Made by a program: the position numbers and the translations under genes
Notes under the pieces: model-generated
The model's database searches: none
Told to the model about the DNA's origin: nothing
The model's input: only the letters and a program-made list of their open reading frames with translations
From: Craspedostauros australis
Taxonomy: Eukaryota
Direction: 5' to 3'
Assembly (NCBI GenBank): GCA_030167865.1
Contig: JALAGF010001455.1
Span: forward strand, 62,001 to 108,493
DNA length: 46,493 bases
Part shown: positions 12,401-24,779 of the stretch, piece after piece
Layout: every line of letters begins with the position of its first letter
Numbering within the stretch: position 1 is the first letter of the stretch

Positions 12401-15400
12401 GGTGTACTCCATGGTCCTGCCAAGTTTGAAATTGACGGACGATTACGTCAACTACCCCAACCAAAGCTTCGCTAAGATGATGCTGCTGCTCATCATGAGG
12501 TGGTCGCCGCAGTTCCTCGTGTACCTCATCGACACCAGCATCTGGTACGCCGTGTGGCAAGCCTTTGCCGGAACAACCGTCGGATTCTCCGACGAGCTCG
12601 GTAACGTGCGAAGCATGGATGACATTCGTCAGAATTTCGGAAGAGCTCCAGAGGCATTCTGCAAGAAGATGCTCTCCCCGGATGCCGGCAGCCGCCGCGG
12701 ATCCTCCACCAGCCTCCTCGGCTCCTCGTCTCATATCAACATGACGCAGGCCAGCGCGTTGCAAGGTGTCAATGCCCAGAGGCTGCAATCCTACGTGAAC
12801 CGACTCCTTGATGTCCGCATCCAGAAGTGGGTCATGTTCAGCGCAGCATGGAACGAGATCATCGATCATTTCCGTGAGGAAGATATCGTGTCGCACGGCG
12901 AATGCGACAACCTCAAATTCAGCCAGTTCGATGGCTTCAGCCAGGCCATCTACCTCCCCGTGTTCCAGACCGCCGGTGCCATGGACGATGTCCTCTCCGA
13001 ACTCGAACGTCTGCCGATTGAGGGTGGCACAGATGAGACCCTCTTCGAGCCAATCACGCAGGATGTCACGATGCAAACAGCCGTCGCGGAAACGTGGGAG
13101 CTTGGATCGTTCTTGCTGAAGCAGGTCCTTGGGCCCATGCACTCCAGCGACATTGATGCGATCGCCATCATGGCAGAAAACTGGATGGCCAACGGCAACC
13201 TGAGCGCCAACATCAACTTGCGAGACGTGAAGAAGGTCATGCAGCATTTCATCGCCGCGGTCCAGCTCTTGCACAAGGGAATCAAGAAGCGAAAGCCAGC
13301 CGCCAAGCCACGCTCTCTGTTCAAGCGCGCCGAGGCCGCCAACCGTCAGACCAAGGCCGCCAACGGCGGCATTCGCAAGGCCGTCAGCGCGACGTCGTTG
13401 ACCAGCCTCGACACCGATTCCAAGGCGACGGACAAAAAACCCAACTTCCTGCTCGGAAAGCGCGAAGAGAAGGCAGATGAGGTCATCATCGATGCCCTGC
13501 GTGACCAGGTCCGTGACAAGCTGAGGAACATGATGCACGCCCTCAAGGGTCTCGTGCAGATGACACCAAACGGATCTGCACAACCCGATGAAGAGAACCG
13601 AGAGGCTCGCGATGTGTTTGATCGCATCACCTTCCTCGGCAGCATGGAGAATGGTTTCTTCTGGGACGATGCGTACGCGTCCGATCAGCTAGACGACATC
13701 AGCGAGCACCCCATCTTCATCGCCGTCCTCAAGAAGGCACATGGACTGCTCTGCTTGCACCCGGATGATGTGGAACCAAAGAACAGGGAGGTGAATCGAC
13801 GTCTGACCTTCTTCGTCAACTCCCTCTTCATGGACATGCCCGATGCACCGTCCCTCCACGACATGTACTCGTGGAATGTGCTAACACCGTACTACTCTGA
13901 GGACGTGCTGTACAGCGAGGGCGACCTTGAAAAGCGCACGGACGCGCTCGGTGTCTCCACCCTCCTCTACCTCAAGACGCTGTTCAAGCATGATTGGAAC
14001 AACTTCCTCGAACGTCTCGGAATTCAAGACGAGGAGGTGTTCACGAAGGCCTACGCCAACGAAACCCGCCGATGGGCAAGCAACCGCGCTCAGACGCTGA
14101 GCCGAACCGTCAACGGAATGATGTACTACGAGAAGGCGCTGCGATTGCTCGCGAACATGGAACGCCTCGACAACGACACCACGAACGACCTTCTGGGAGA
14201 GAAATTCGGATACATCGTCTCCTGCCAGGTATACGGAAACATGAAACGCAACCAGGATACGAAGGCGGAAGACATCGACTCGCTGATGCACCGCTTCCCT
14301 CACCTGCGCGTGGCCTACATCGACACCATCCGAGTCAACCGTGGATCCAACGTGTACTACTCCTGCCTCATGAAGAGCGACGGCCTCGGCAACATCCAGG
14401 AGATCTACAGAGTCCGCCTGCCGGGCAACCCTGTGATCGGTGAAGGAAAGCCAGAGAACCAGAACCACGCCATGATCTTCACCCGATCCGAATGCTTGCA
14501 AACCATCGACATGAACCAGGAGGGTTACTTTGAGGAGGCGCTCAAGATGAGAAACTGCCTCCAGGAGTTCGGTCGCAGCGGGCAATTCCCCAAGTCCCTG
14601 TTCCGTGCCAAGAAGCAGCAGGGTCGCCTGCCGACCACGATCTTGGGATTGCGAGAGCACATCTTCACAGGTGCCGTCAGCTCGTTGGCGAACTACATGG
14701 CCCTGCAGGAGATTTCCTTCACCACGCTCGGCCAGCGCGTCCTCAACCGCCCCCTTCACATTCGTCAGCATTACGGCCACCCAGATGTCTTTGACAAGAT
14801 TTTCTTCATCACGCGTGGTGGAATCTCGAAGAGTTCGAAGGGCATCAACCTTTCCGAGGATATCTTCGCCGGTTACAACAACACCAACAGAGGTGGTTCG
14901 GTGGACTTCAAGGAATTCCTTCAGGTTGGAAAGGGTCGCGATGTCGGCATGAGCCAGATCTACAAGTTCGAGGCCAAGCTGAGTCAAGGTTCCGCCGAGC
15001 AGAGCTTATCCCGCGATGTGTACCGCATGTGCAACCGCCTCGACTTCTTCCGTCTCTTCTCCTTCTACTACGGTGGCATCGGCCACTACTTCTCCAACGT
15101 CCTTACCATCCTCACCGTCTACGTGGTGGTCTACCTCATGGCCGTCCTGGCCGTCTTCGATTTGGAGAAGATTGGAGGCCGACCACTGACTCCGTCCGGA
15201 ACAATCCAGATGCTTCTGGGTGGACTGGGTCTGCTGCAAACCATTCCGCTTTTCGCCACGCTCGGTGTGGAGCGTGGTTGGCTCGCCAGTTTGCAAGAGA
15301 TCTTCATGGTCTTCCTCACCGGTGGTCCGTTGCACTTCATGTTCCACATCCAGACCAAGGCCAAGTACATGGCGCAGACCATCCACGTTGGCGGAACCAA

Positions 15401-16736
15401 GTACAGAGCCACTGGACGTGGCTTCGTCACGCAGCACACGCCATTCGACGAGCAGTACCGATTCTTCGCCTCCAGCCACTTGTACCTCGGTATCGAATTG
15501 GCAGCCGGCCTGATCTTGATGGGATGCACGACGAGGATGGGCGAGATGCCAAGCGGCAGCCAGTACTTTGGACGCACCTGGTCATTGTGGCTTGCCTCCG
15601 TCTCTTTCCTTGCCAGTCCCTTCTGGTTCAACCCGCTCACCTTCGAGTGGAACGTCGTGTCTCAGGACTACGCCACCTGGTGGCGATGGATCCTCGGAGA
15701 TTCCGGCGGTTCCTCCAAGAGCTGGAGCAAGTGGTGGGACGATGAGAACGACTTCTACAAGAACGTCAAGTTCTCCACCAAGGCGCTCTTCATGGTGAAG
15801 GCCGTCCTGTACCTCGTCATCGCGGAGGGCATTCGCACGAACGACAAGATTTTCATGGTGGACACCACGTTGAGCAAACCGCCGATCGACATCCGTCACC
15901 TGTTCACTGTGCTCGGCCTGCTGATCCTGCTGTCGCTGTACATGCACGTCAGACCAAACCTGGAGTACCCCGTCCGCCGCACCCTCGGAATCCTGATCTT
16001 CATCGGATCGACGTCAAGCATCATCATTCTGTTCCTGGAGGACAACAACTACGTGCGATACGCATTCGCCGCCTACTACGCCATCGGAGGACTCTCTTTG
16101 ATCGCGCTGGCAAGCGGAATCAATGCCATCAAGTACGTGTACCTCGTCCACGACATCGTGTGCGCCCACGTCATCTTCATCCCGATCTTCCTCCTGGCCA
16201 TCCTGCAGCTGCCGGGAATGATCCAGAACCAGCTCCTGTACCACAACGCCCTGTCCGAGAGCGTCGTGGTGAGCGACGTGCTGAAGTACGCCCGCAAGAC
16301 GAAGGAGTCCAGCGCTGCCGGAGATTCCAACGCCGAGCTCGTCGAGCAGATTGCCGACCTTCGCAGGGTCGTGCAGAGGCAGGAGCAGCTCCTCACCAGG
16401 GCCGGATTGGTGCCTGGCGACGCCGCGGCGGGAACGGCAGAGGAACAGCAGCAGCTGATGAACTCGACTGCCGCCGGTGGTGCATCAGGCGCCTCCGAGG
16501 CCAAGCCAAGCTACGGCCGCAGCGAAAGTGTCGGTGCGCGTGCGGTTGGCCGAGCCATCAGCATGTCCGGCATTGATGTTTGGGGGGAGATGGCGTTCGG
16601 GGAGACCAACCAACCAGCGCAAAGCCAGCCAAACGCGATGGAGCAGGAAACCACCGAGGGGTCGTATCAAGCTCCTGCGACATCGAACAGCGAAGGATTC
16701 TCCTTCAGCCAACCCGTGGCAATGCCACCAAGATGA
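9467..16736 (+). CDS. BGS: 1,3-beta-glucan synthase (GT48, callose synthase/FKS family; likely the chrysolaminarin synthase), 4 exons, ~2165 aa
   Basis: Exons 9467-9594, 9857-10162, 10364-11252 and 11562-16736; all introns are GT...AG with consistent phases (2, 2, 0). FKS1 domain: FGFQDSSVRNQAEH, LYFCIWGEGSNLRHMSEC, RRNYDDFNEFFWS. Catalytic region: RRLTFFVNSL, TPYYSEDV, GEGKPENQNHA, IDMNQEGYFEEALKMRN, HYGHPD, INLSEDIFAG, QVGKGRDVG. Confidence 0.95.
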
Positions 16737-17046
16737 TTAACACGAGATACTATTCCCACGCAAAAACGTACGCGTACTCGTGATGAGCACAAGTGATGAG
16801 GACAAAACAACAGACAACAAAAACAAGCAAACAAAACAAAAACGTGAATACAACAGCAGCAACAACAACAACAACAACAGTAACGGCTCTCAATGTAAAT
16901 GGAGATAATGACAAACGCTATTCTAACTGAAACTATTTGTCAATCTTCTTCCTCACAACTATTCATGAAGCATCTTCTTGACAGCGGCAACATGCTCACG
17001 CACGTTCGCTACGATTCTTTGTATCCGTCGTTGCTTCTGCGATTGT

Positions 17047-18633
17047 TCAGGATGACGTCCAAACAATAGGAACGAGTGGATGATCGAATGGTTGTCGAGG
17101 AGGCACGTCCTTCACCCAATCTGCGTAGCTCCATGCATCCTCGCTGTCGCCAATACCAGCTTTGCGGTGTTGCGATGCGTCCTTTGCGACAGATGGTGGC
17201 GGAGACGAAGATGCTGCTGCGCATTCTGGTCGAATCTCAGCGGCAGCGTCAACGTAAGATATGGCAAGCGCCATGCGATCTTTGTCGATGACGTTGTCGT
17301 TGGAACAGTGCAAGGTCCAACCCGAGTGGACGGTCACGTCACCGACAGACATTGGCATGTAATCCACCAGATCCTGCGGATACCGTTGCTCCAGCCGATC
17401 CCATTCTGACACGATGCTACCAACATCATTATCAGCATCATTGGCATCGTTGGCATTGTCCCCATCTCGTTGCTGCGTGATCGGATTCCAGTACGGCAAC
17501 GCCATGTCGTTGTGGCTCTTGGAACAAAAGACCAACGCCGTGCCTTCCACCGCCGGTACCGGTTGGAACGGTATCCAAATCGTGATCATGTGCGGTGTGT
17601 CGAACGGTGCCATGCGCGCATCGATGTGCCATGGCGTAGGTCCGTCGCCAGCGCGCTTCCAGAACACGGAGTCCTGGTACAGCCGCACGCACGGCACATC
17701 CATCAACGCACCTGCCACCGGCGCAAGGTCCTTGGCAAGCTGCTGCACGTGACGATGCGTCCGCCACGTGTTGAAATACTGCAGGAACGGCACGCTCTCG
17801 GTGATCCCCAACCGCAGCAACTCCCTCTGGCACTGTTGCACCGTACGGCATGAGGATGCGAGGGTGGATGAGTCGGAGGCCACCTCAACCTTTTGTTGCC
17901 ATGCTTTGAGCTCATCGCGGCGGGCCAAGGCTTCCAGATCTGTCTGAATTGCTTTGAGCGTCTTGGGATGCAGGATATTGCGCAGTGCAGCGTGTCCATT
18001 GCGGCAGTACTGCAGCTGCACGTCCGTTGGAACGGAGCTGTAACGCACACTCGTGTTCGCATCATTGACGCGGCTCTTCTCCTCGCTCTTCTGCCTTTGC
18101 TGCAGCGCATCGCCATCTCTCCGGGCTTTCCCAACTGGGGTGATACCCATGCCACGCAGCATTTCATCCACATCTGATTTTCTCATTTGTTGGTTGCTGT
18201 TGTTCTTGTTGCCATTGGATGGTTTCTTGGATTTGGATTTCGATTTGGAGGTAGATGCCGCTCTGGATTTGCCGGTGATCTTTGATCCGTCGCCGCCGCT
18301 GTTCGATACTTGGAGCTTCACATGTGAGCGTCGGGCGTCGCCATGGAAGTTGCATATCGAAATTGGACTATCCGCTGTGGCTCTTCTGAATCTAAGATCA
18401 GACCCAATGTGGTAGGGACGGTGATACTGAGTGTTTCTCACTCTCCGAACCCTTCGACTTGATTGCATGGTGGGATTCCTCACCTCATCAATGCCAAAGC
18501 CATCACAGAAGCGACATCGCTGGCTTTTGGCTTGGCCTTTCAACCAAAATGGGTGGTCATTCATGCCAAGCACTGCCACCACCATCAACAACCGTTGCCA
18601 CCGATTGTTCGTCTTGTCATATCTTCGCTTCAT
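17047..18633 (-). CDS. PhyH (phytanoyl-CoA dioxygenase)-family 2OG-Fe(II) oxygenase with a long N-terminal extension, possibly organelle-targeted
   Basis: 528-aa ORF with LYQDSVFWKRAGDGPTPWHID (HxD), ITIWIPF, GDVTVHSGWTLHCSNDN and DRMALAISY. The exact start is uncertain. Confidence 0.8.
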   Translation of the reverse strand: MKRRYDKTNNRWQRLLMVVAVLGMNDHPFWLKGQAKSQRCRFCDGFGIDEVRNPTMQSSRRVRRVRNTQYHRPYHIGSDLRFRRATADSPISICNFHGDARRSHVKLQVSNSGGDGSKITGKSRAASTSKSKSKSKKPSNGNKNNSNQQMRKSDVDEMLRGMGITPVGKARRDGDALQQRQKSEEKSRVNDANTSVRYSSVPTDVQLQYCRNGHAALRNILHPKTLKAIQTDLEALARRDELKAWQQKVEVASDSSTLASSCRTVQQCQRELLRLGITESVPFLQYFNTWRTHRHVQQLAKDLAPVAGALMDVPCVRLYQDSVFWKRAGDGPTPWHIDARMAPFDTPHMITIWIPFQPVPAVEGTALVFCSKSHNDMALPYWNPITQQRDGDNANDANDADNDVGSIVSEWDRLEQRYPQDLVDYMPMSVGDVTVHSGWTLHCSNDNVIDKDRMALAISYVDAAAEIRPECAAASSSPPPSVAKDASQHRKAGIGDSEDAWSYADWVKDVPPRQPFDHPLVPIVWTSS

Positions 18634-19029
18634 TCTTCTCGGGGGAGGCTGCGATTGTGTCGGCAGTGTACGACCTATGTATAATAGCTCGTATCAAAAC
18701 AGTCTCGTGCAATGCAATGTCCTCTTGTCGCAGATCTTTTCGTCTGAAATCGTGATGGATTCAGGAGTGTTCGCATGTTTTGTGGTTCTGGCGCGAGTTG
18801 ACTCATTCGACTTAACAACAATCAGAGACATCTTGGGCCTGTGGCACACAATGAAAGGCCTTCCAATTTGCTCAATTTGCGCCCAAGAGGCCTTTTGTCT
18901 CGAAGAAGAATGCGCACAACCATCGCGCAGTATTGACACAATGACGCACTGATCTTCGCCAGTGAGCAAAACCTCACAAAAAACAGTTGCTTTGTGTGTT
19001 ACGACCTTCCATACCTACTTACCTATTAC

Positions 19030-20629
19030 CAATACGACGCCCTTGCTCTTGAGTGTGTGGAGGCATGGCTATGTTGGAGGAATGATTCCTACGGTCGAGC
19101 AGCTGATACAAACATCATTCCTCGTGATCATCGTCACACACAATGCGAGGATGACCTCAACCTTTCTTGATCGGATCCATGTGCCACTCGGACTTGGAAT
19201 ACGTACGATTCCCCAAGTGATGAGGGCCAGCTGGTGTCGTTCGTCTTCGAGAGGTTCATGAAGAGCAATGGGATACAGAGCTTGTGGGTCACGCTGAAGG
19301 GGAACGCTGATCCAACAAGTCGGGCATGGGTCGCAGCATTGGCACTCGCAGTCCATTGCTTTCCGCAACCTTTCACAATTCCGGTCACACGTTGATGAAA
19401 CTACAAAACGTGAGTGAAAACTCCATGATGGCATCAAGCTTGTACCTTTCGACGATGAGACAACTGTGCCCAACGACCAAGTCGATAGCCAGAACAATAA
19501 TCAGGACGGCGATGACGAGGACGACGACGAACAGTCAGAGGGACCGACGCCCATGGCGGACCTTGTTCGAAGGTACAGGTTGGTGACGCCAAGCGCATTT
19601 CCGCAAGGCAGACGGCGGACAATGATGGAGCCGTTCATCATGCGCAAGGCCATGCAGTTACTCTGCATCTGGCTTCTGCAGGGTGCGAAGAGAATGAAAC
19701 GGTGTCATCGGACACCGGGAATAACCCCGTTTGATTTCAAGTCGTTGTCAACCCAGCTTGTGAGTTGCGCCATGTCTACAGCAATGACGGTTGACGAGAC
19801 GCATCGCAAACACATTCCATCCATCTTGGTCGGCGTCCTCTGCATGTTCCCAAGACAACGCAGAGACGACCAATTCGATGTGAATGGTCTGGACGACGAA
19901 GTGAAGGACGCAAGAGTCGCGCTCGATGGCGTCATTCCTGTTTCAGGCAACTGCGACCTCGCCATGGATGGGACGTATGGTACTTTCATACAAAAAGGCG
20001 ATGTGACTCAACGAGGAGCAGCTTGTGGCGGGGCAACCACAGGCCGATGACGATGGTTGGGATTCTGTCTCTTCGGTAGCGCTCAGGCGCGGTGACCGTT
20101 TGGACCACGGGTATGAAGATGAACGCGAGTCTTTCAGCATCGCAGAAGCGATACGAAACAACAAAGAAATCCTCTCAATGGACGGTTACATTGCCACCAA
20201 TTGGCCAAAATGAGAGAGAAGGCATGTCGATGGTGTCCACGGAAACCATCGGCATGCATTTGTCCATCACTTTCGAGCGTAACGGTCGGCGGCGGCAACA
20301 ACTTGGCAGATGGGTACGTCTCCTTCATCGGCGCCAAGCTGAACGGAGCCGGCAAGTTGATGGACCGCACAATGCACAGCATCTGCATCCAGACCAATGG
20401 CTTCTTCCAGTCTGCCAAGATCGAGGATGCGAATGTGCGGGTGGACATGACGAGTGCGCATCAAGATCTACTCGGCATTCCATTCGGAGAGAACCGGCGG
20501 TACTGTCTCGCGAGCCGGTATGAGAAACTATTGCGTGGCGGGTTGCAGGAGGGCGCGACAGACCCGTACCTTTCGTATTCAGTTGTTGCGGGAATGCTGT
20601 TGCCTGATGTGATGAAGGCACTCGACTAG
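19030..20629 (+). pseudogene. Decayed protein-coding sequence of unknown family
   Basis: Protein-like reading continues across in-frame TGA stops (19168-19170, 19393-19398) and apparent frameshifts near 19415, 20010 and 20210-20270. These link the fragments ...EGQLVSFVFERFMKSNGIQSLWVTL..., ORF 19466-20050, ORF 20025-20213 and ORF 20201-20629. Confidence 0.5.
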
Positions 20630-21585
20630 CGTCGTAATCGACATGGGAAGATGAAGAAAAGTACCGTAGATTTGAAAACCAAAAAAGGGACTGCTCCTTT
20701 GAAGAGACGAAGCAGCTTGAAGTCTAGCAAAGATCCACACAGTGAAGAGAACCGACACAAGTCGACACGCAACTCGCGATCACCTTGTTGTGCAGCCAGA
20801 CGATAGAGCATCGGTAAACTCTCATCGAAAGTATAAAAGAAAGATCGAATTCTAGAGGGATATAGTATGAATTGCTGGGATGAGTTCATCTTCAGAAAGA
20901 CGCTAGACGGATTCAAGAGTGTGGCTTTCATACATGCGGAAGTTGTTCAAAAGTTAAAGTAAAGCATAAATCACGCTAAGAACACTCTGCACATGTCCTC
21001 GTTTCGCGGTTGAACATCATAGTTGCAGTTCATCTGACACACTTGCGCGCAAATCCCAAGGTGGATACTTTGCCATTGGCGTCTGTGGTGTCCTCGCACC
21101 GCGAATAGAGAGCGTATGGTATGATGGTTTGTTCTATCTTGCGCTTGGTTGAAGGAATGCGACGACATCCAAACTGGCAAACGACTTGCCTCCCGTCTAT
21201 CAACAAGGAGATGAAGTTGGACGACCTATGGAGCGAATCTGAAGCTTCTCTCTCTCTCTCTCTCTTGGGAGTTTGGAATAGAAGCATCGGCAACGTTGCC
21301 ACACTCGCAACAGTTCGCAGAGTGGAAAGCCCCATTGCGCAGCATTCACCAGGGCTGTGCTGAAAAGTATGGTATAATATAATACAATACGATGGAATGT
21401 GGTCGTCACCGATATAGCAACGGTCGGTCTACTAAACATGAAAGAGCATCGCTCCCAATTTATGGTGGCTTGTATCATCCTGATACAAATATTCCCAGAG
21501 AATATCACAGGAGTTGGAGAGCTGGAATGCAGAATATTGATTCGTGCGGAAGGTCTTGCACGGATGGGTCGACGATGCGTCCTCT

Positions 21586-21993
21586 CTATTTCTTCTTTCC
21601 TTTTCCCTTCTTTCCACCGGACAGTCCTGCGCTGAGAAGGTCATCAAGTCCAGCGCCCGCGTTCTTGTTCTTCTTGGCCTTGGCAGCGGCCTTAGCCTTC
21701 GCGGCGGCGGCAGCCTTCTCGCCCTTGGGGTCGTTGGGATCGAAGCCGACCAGATCGGTGAAGCAACTGGCCGGGTCCGTACCCTCCGGGTGCTTGGCGA
21801 CGACGTGCTGATACAGAAGAGGCGGTCTGGAGTTGACCATGAAGGTCTGTCGGCAGAGCTGGCACATCTTGGCGGCAGCATCCTTCTTGGCCTTGTCCGA
21901 TGCTGCTTTTCTCTCTTCATCGGACTTTCCCATTTTTTTCTGGTTGCGCTCTCGCGCCTGCTGGGCCTTCTGCACGTTCGATCCCTTTCCCAT
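21586..21993 (-). CDS. Small ZNF706/At2g23090-like protein (4F5-like basic N-terminus + C2H2 zinc finger), 135 aa
   Basis: MGKGSNVQKAQQARERNQKK...CQLCRQTF...LYQHVVAKHP; Lys-rich tail; strong codon bias. Confidence 0.85.
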   Translation of the reverse strand: MGKGSNVQKAQQARERNQKKMGKSDEERKAASDKAKKDAAAKMCQLCRQTFMVNSRPPLLYQHVVAKHPEGTDPASCFTDLVGFDPNDPKGEKAAAAAKAKAAAKAKKNKNAGAGLDDLLSAGLSGGKKGKGKKK

Positions 21994-22925
21994 CTTGCTT
22001 CGTCTTTCTTCTTCTGTCGTAGGTAGATGTTGTGGTTGCTTCTAATTCTACTTCTTCTTCTTCTCTTGATGCCGATTATGATGTGCGTTGCAGTATGAGC
22101 CGTGGACAGTCAACCATACTTGTTCCTGATTGCGTCTGCGTTCACGACATTTGGTCGTTGTTGCGGTAATGGTTTGTTCGCATCATCATTTTTGGTCTGT
22201 TTCATTTGTTGTTTTTGTGTTCTGTGTTCGTACGTGGTTCGTTCATGAATGGGTTATGAGTTCACAATAGAATTGTCAACGAATCTCCAGTCGACCAAGT
22301 CGATCGATACGATTGTCCACGGACTGGCCGGCGCGTTTGCCGTTTCAGGGTCGAGATTTGAAAATCAAAATCGAACCTGTCACGAAATTGGGTTTGGTGT
22401 TGTTTGCAGTGCTTGATGTGTGTGGTTGTGTGAGCATGGCATGTTGTCATCGGACGCCAACGTGGATGCTGGCACCGGAGCTTGCCTGTTTCGCCTGCTT
22501 CAATACCAGCTCCAACACTATCAGCAGCAGCAGCGTCACGAACACAACCATCCGCATCAGCATCATTATCCCTTGCATCCACACAAGCAACAGCAGCAAC
22601 AGCAACAACAACGAAAGGACCATTGACACGGCACTCTCCTTTGCAGTGCCCGACGAAACAAGAGAGCACAACTACAGCCACGACGCCAGACACAATCACA
22701 TCAAGCGCTACAGATCATTTCAATAATACGTTGCATTGCATTGTATTGCAGACATCAACTGATCGGAGCGTCTCCAACACTATTGCATTGACTTTCACAC
22801 CATCGTTGCTTCTTGATTGCGCATCATCTGACCAAACACAACAGTCCGAGTTCACACAAGCGCAAGCATACGCGAACTGAGCAACCCAACAAGTGAACCA
22901 ACGAAACAGCGAACCGCCAAGCACC

Positions 22926-24779
22926 ATGTCATCGCCATCCGCCGGTTACTTAATGACATCGCCGCGGGTCTCCAGCGCCACGCGACGCCCACGCACCTCA
23001 GCTTCGTTGACGCCAGGAAGCGTCGGCACCCGCAACGCCAGCCGCATATCGACCTTCTCTCGCGTAGGACCGGTGCTCACACCAGCACCATCACGTACAC
23101 CGCGCGGAAGCCAAGGACTCGTGCTCCTGTCCCCGTCGCGCACGCTGACGGAATCCCTCAGCGCGCTCGCCTCCTCGACGGCGCAGCAGCTGGAGGAGGT
23201 GTGGGATGAGGTCGGATACACGCCGCAAGATCGCGCCACGCAGCTGTCGCAGCTATTGATCCAGCTGCGGGATCAGTGCCAGGCGAAGATCGCCGAGGAG
23301 AGCGGAGTCGCCGAAACCTTCCGGCAGACGATTGCCGAAGCAAGGGAGGAGATACGAGCAACTGCCGGGGCATTGAAGGCCCCGGTCGACGAGGCGTTGA
23401 TGCGGGAGGATTCTCACCGGACGCTCACCGATGAATTGGCCGACCTGGAGGCCGCACTGGAGATCCTGCGCGAGGATGCCGTGGAGGCGAGAAGAGACCT
23501 GGCAGAGTCCAGGGAATTCCTCATGGAATCACACAGCGCCCTTGGCACGCATATGGAGGAGTGCTGGCATGACATCGAGACAGATCTGACGGCCACACGA
23601 CGAGAGAAGTTCCGCGAGATGGTGGATGAAATGAAGGAGGAGGTCGCAACGAGAAGCAACGCCGTCATGCAGCTGCTGCAGGACTGCCGAAATCTGATGG
23701 AGGCGCTGGGCATCGACGGGCACACAGGCAACGACATGGACAGGAAGGTCGCAGGCAGTCTGGTTCGATCCAAGGATGGCAGCTTCATCCTGGCGTCGAA
23801 GTTCGAGACCGACACCTGCGTCGGGATCAGCGCCACGGCGCTTCAGAACCTCACAACGCACGTCGCCGACCTCGGGCGAGAGAAGCGACGTCGCAAGAAC
23901 CGGCTGCAGGAGATGGGAGCCGAGATCGCCACGCTGTGGGAACAGCTGCGCATCTCCGAAGAAGAGCAGGTGGCGTTCAAGGAGAGCGTGGCAGGACTTG
24001 GAATGGACACGCTCGAGAAGGGCGAGCAAGAGCTGCAGCGCCTCAAGTCGTTGAAGTCGCAGATGCTGATATCGCTGGTGGAGGATGCCCGTGATACGAT
24101 CCGTGCGCTGTGGGAGCAGATGGATGCCACCCAGGAGTTATGCGACGGCTTCGAGGGCATGAACGCCGTGGACGAGAGCGACTTCAACGATGAGTTGCTC
24201 GACATGCACGAGGCGTACATCCAGGAGCTGGAGGAACGTGTCGAGCAGATGAAGCCCATCCTCCGACTGATCGAACGTCGCGAGGACATCATCCGCGAGC
24301 GCTTCATCTACGACGAGCTGCAGAAGGACTCCGACCGCCTCAAGCAACGAGGTGCAGCCATGGCCAAGCAGCTGATGGAAGAGGAGAAGATGGCCAAGCG
24401 CATCAAGAAGGAGCTCCCGAAGCTGACCGCCTTCCTGGAGAAGAATCTGTCGAAGTGGGTGGAAACCCATGGAGAACCTTTCCTGTACCAGGGCGAAGCA
24501 TACGACGAAACTATGCAGAACCAGGAAGACGAATGGAAAGAGTACAAGACAGCTGCCGTGCAACAGAAGCTGAAGAAGAAGCAGGGCAACGACGAGAATG
24601 GCGGTGGCAATGCGGCCGGATCCAAGAGAGGCATGCGTCCACTCGGAAGTTCGAAGGAAGCCAATGCCCGTTCATCATCCAGAACAAGACCAAGGAATGG
24701 ATCGATGCCAGCAAAACCAATTCACAGCAACCTGCATGGCAAATCCTCCTCATCTTCGCGTTACTCCAATCACGTATGA
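22926..24779 (+). CDS. MAP65/Ase1/PRC1 family microtubule cross-linker (~617 aa)
   Basis: ATG at 22926 in the 628-aa ORF. Motifs: LEEVWDEVGYTPQDR, IATLWEQLRIS, ELQRLKSLK, IRALWEQM, LMEEEKMAKRIKKELPKL, WVETHGEPFLYQG. N-terminal S/T-P-x-R sites look like CDK consensus sites. Confidence 0.85.
   Translation: MSSPSAGYLMTSPRVSSATRRPRTSASLTPGSVGTRNASRISTFSRVGPVLTPAPSRTPRGSQGLVLLSPSRTLTESLSALASSTAQQLEEVWDEVGYTPQDRATQLSQLLIQLRDQCQAKIAEESGVAETFRQTIAEAREEIRATAGALKAPVDEALMREDSHRTLTDELADLEAALEILREDAVEARRDLAESREFLMESHSALGTHMEECWHDIETDLTATRREKFREMVDEMKEEVATRSNAVMQLLQDCRNLMEALGIDGHTGNDMDRKVAGSLVRSKDGSFILASKFETDTCVGISATALQNLTTHVADLGREKRRRKNRLQEMGAEIATLWEQLRISEEEQVAFKESVAGLGMDTLEKGEQELQRLKSLKSQMLISLVEDARDTIRALWEQMDATQELCDGFEGMNAVDESDFNDELLDMHEAYIQELEERVEQMKPILRLIERREDIIRERFIYDELQKDSDRLKQRGAAMAKQLMEEEKMAKRIKKELPKLTAFLEKNLSKWVETHGEPFLYQGEAYDETMQNQEDEWKEYKTAAVQQKLKKKQGNDENGGGNAAGSKRGMRPLGSSKEANARSSSRTRPRNGSMPAKPIHSNLHGKSSSSSRYSNHV

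Noticed and set aside
11856-14987. 575-aa and 368-aa antisense ORFs
   Set aside because: Shadows of the glucan synthase coding strand.
3-18633. A biosynthetic cluster linking the two 2OG oxygenases, the HAD phosphatase and the glucan synthase
   Set aside because: The genes are interspersed with housekeeping Sec15, their predicted compartments differ, and no shared pathway can be supported.
19030-20629. Selenoprotein or UGA-recoding explanation for the in-frame TGAs
   Set aside because: Frameshifts are also needed and the TGAs are not in redox motifs; pseudogene decay is the simpler explanation.
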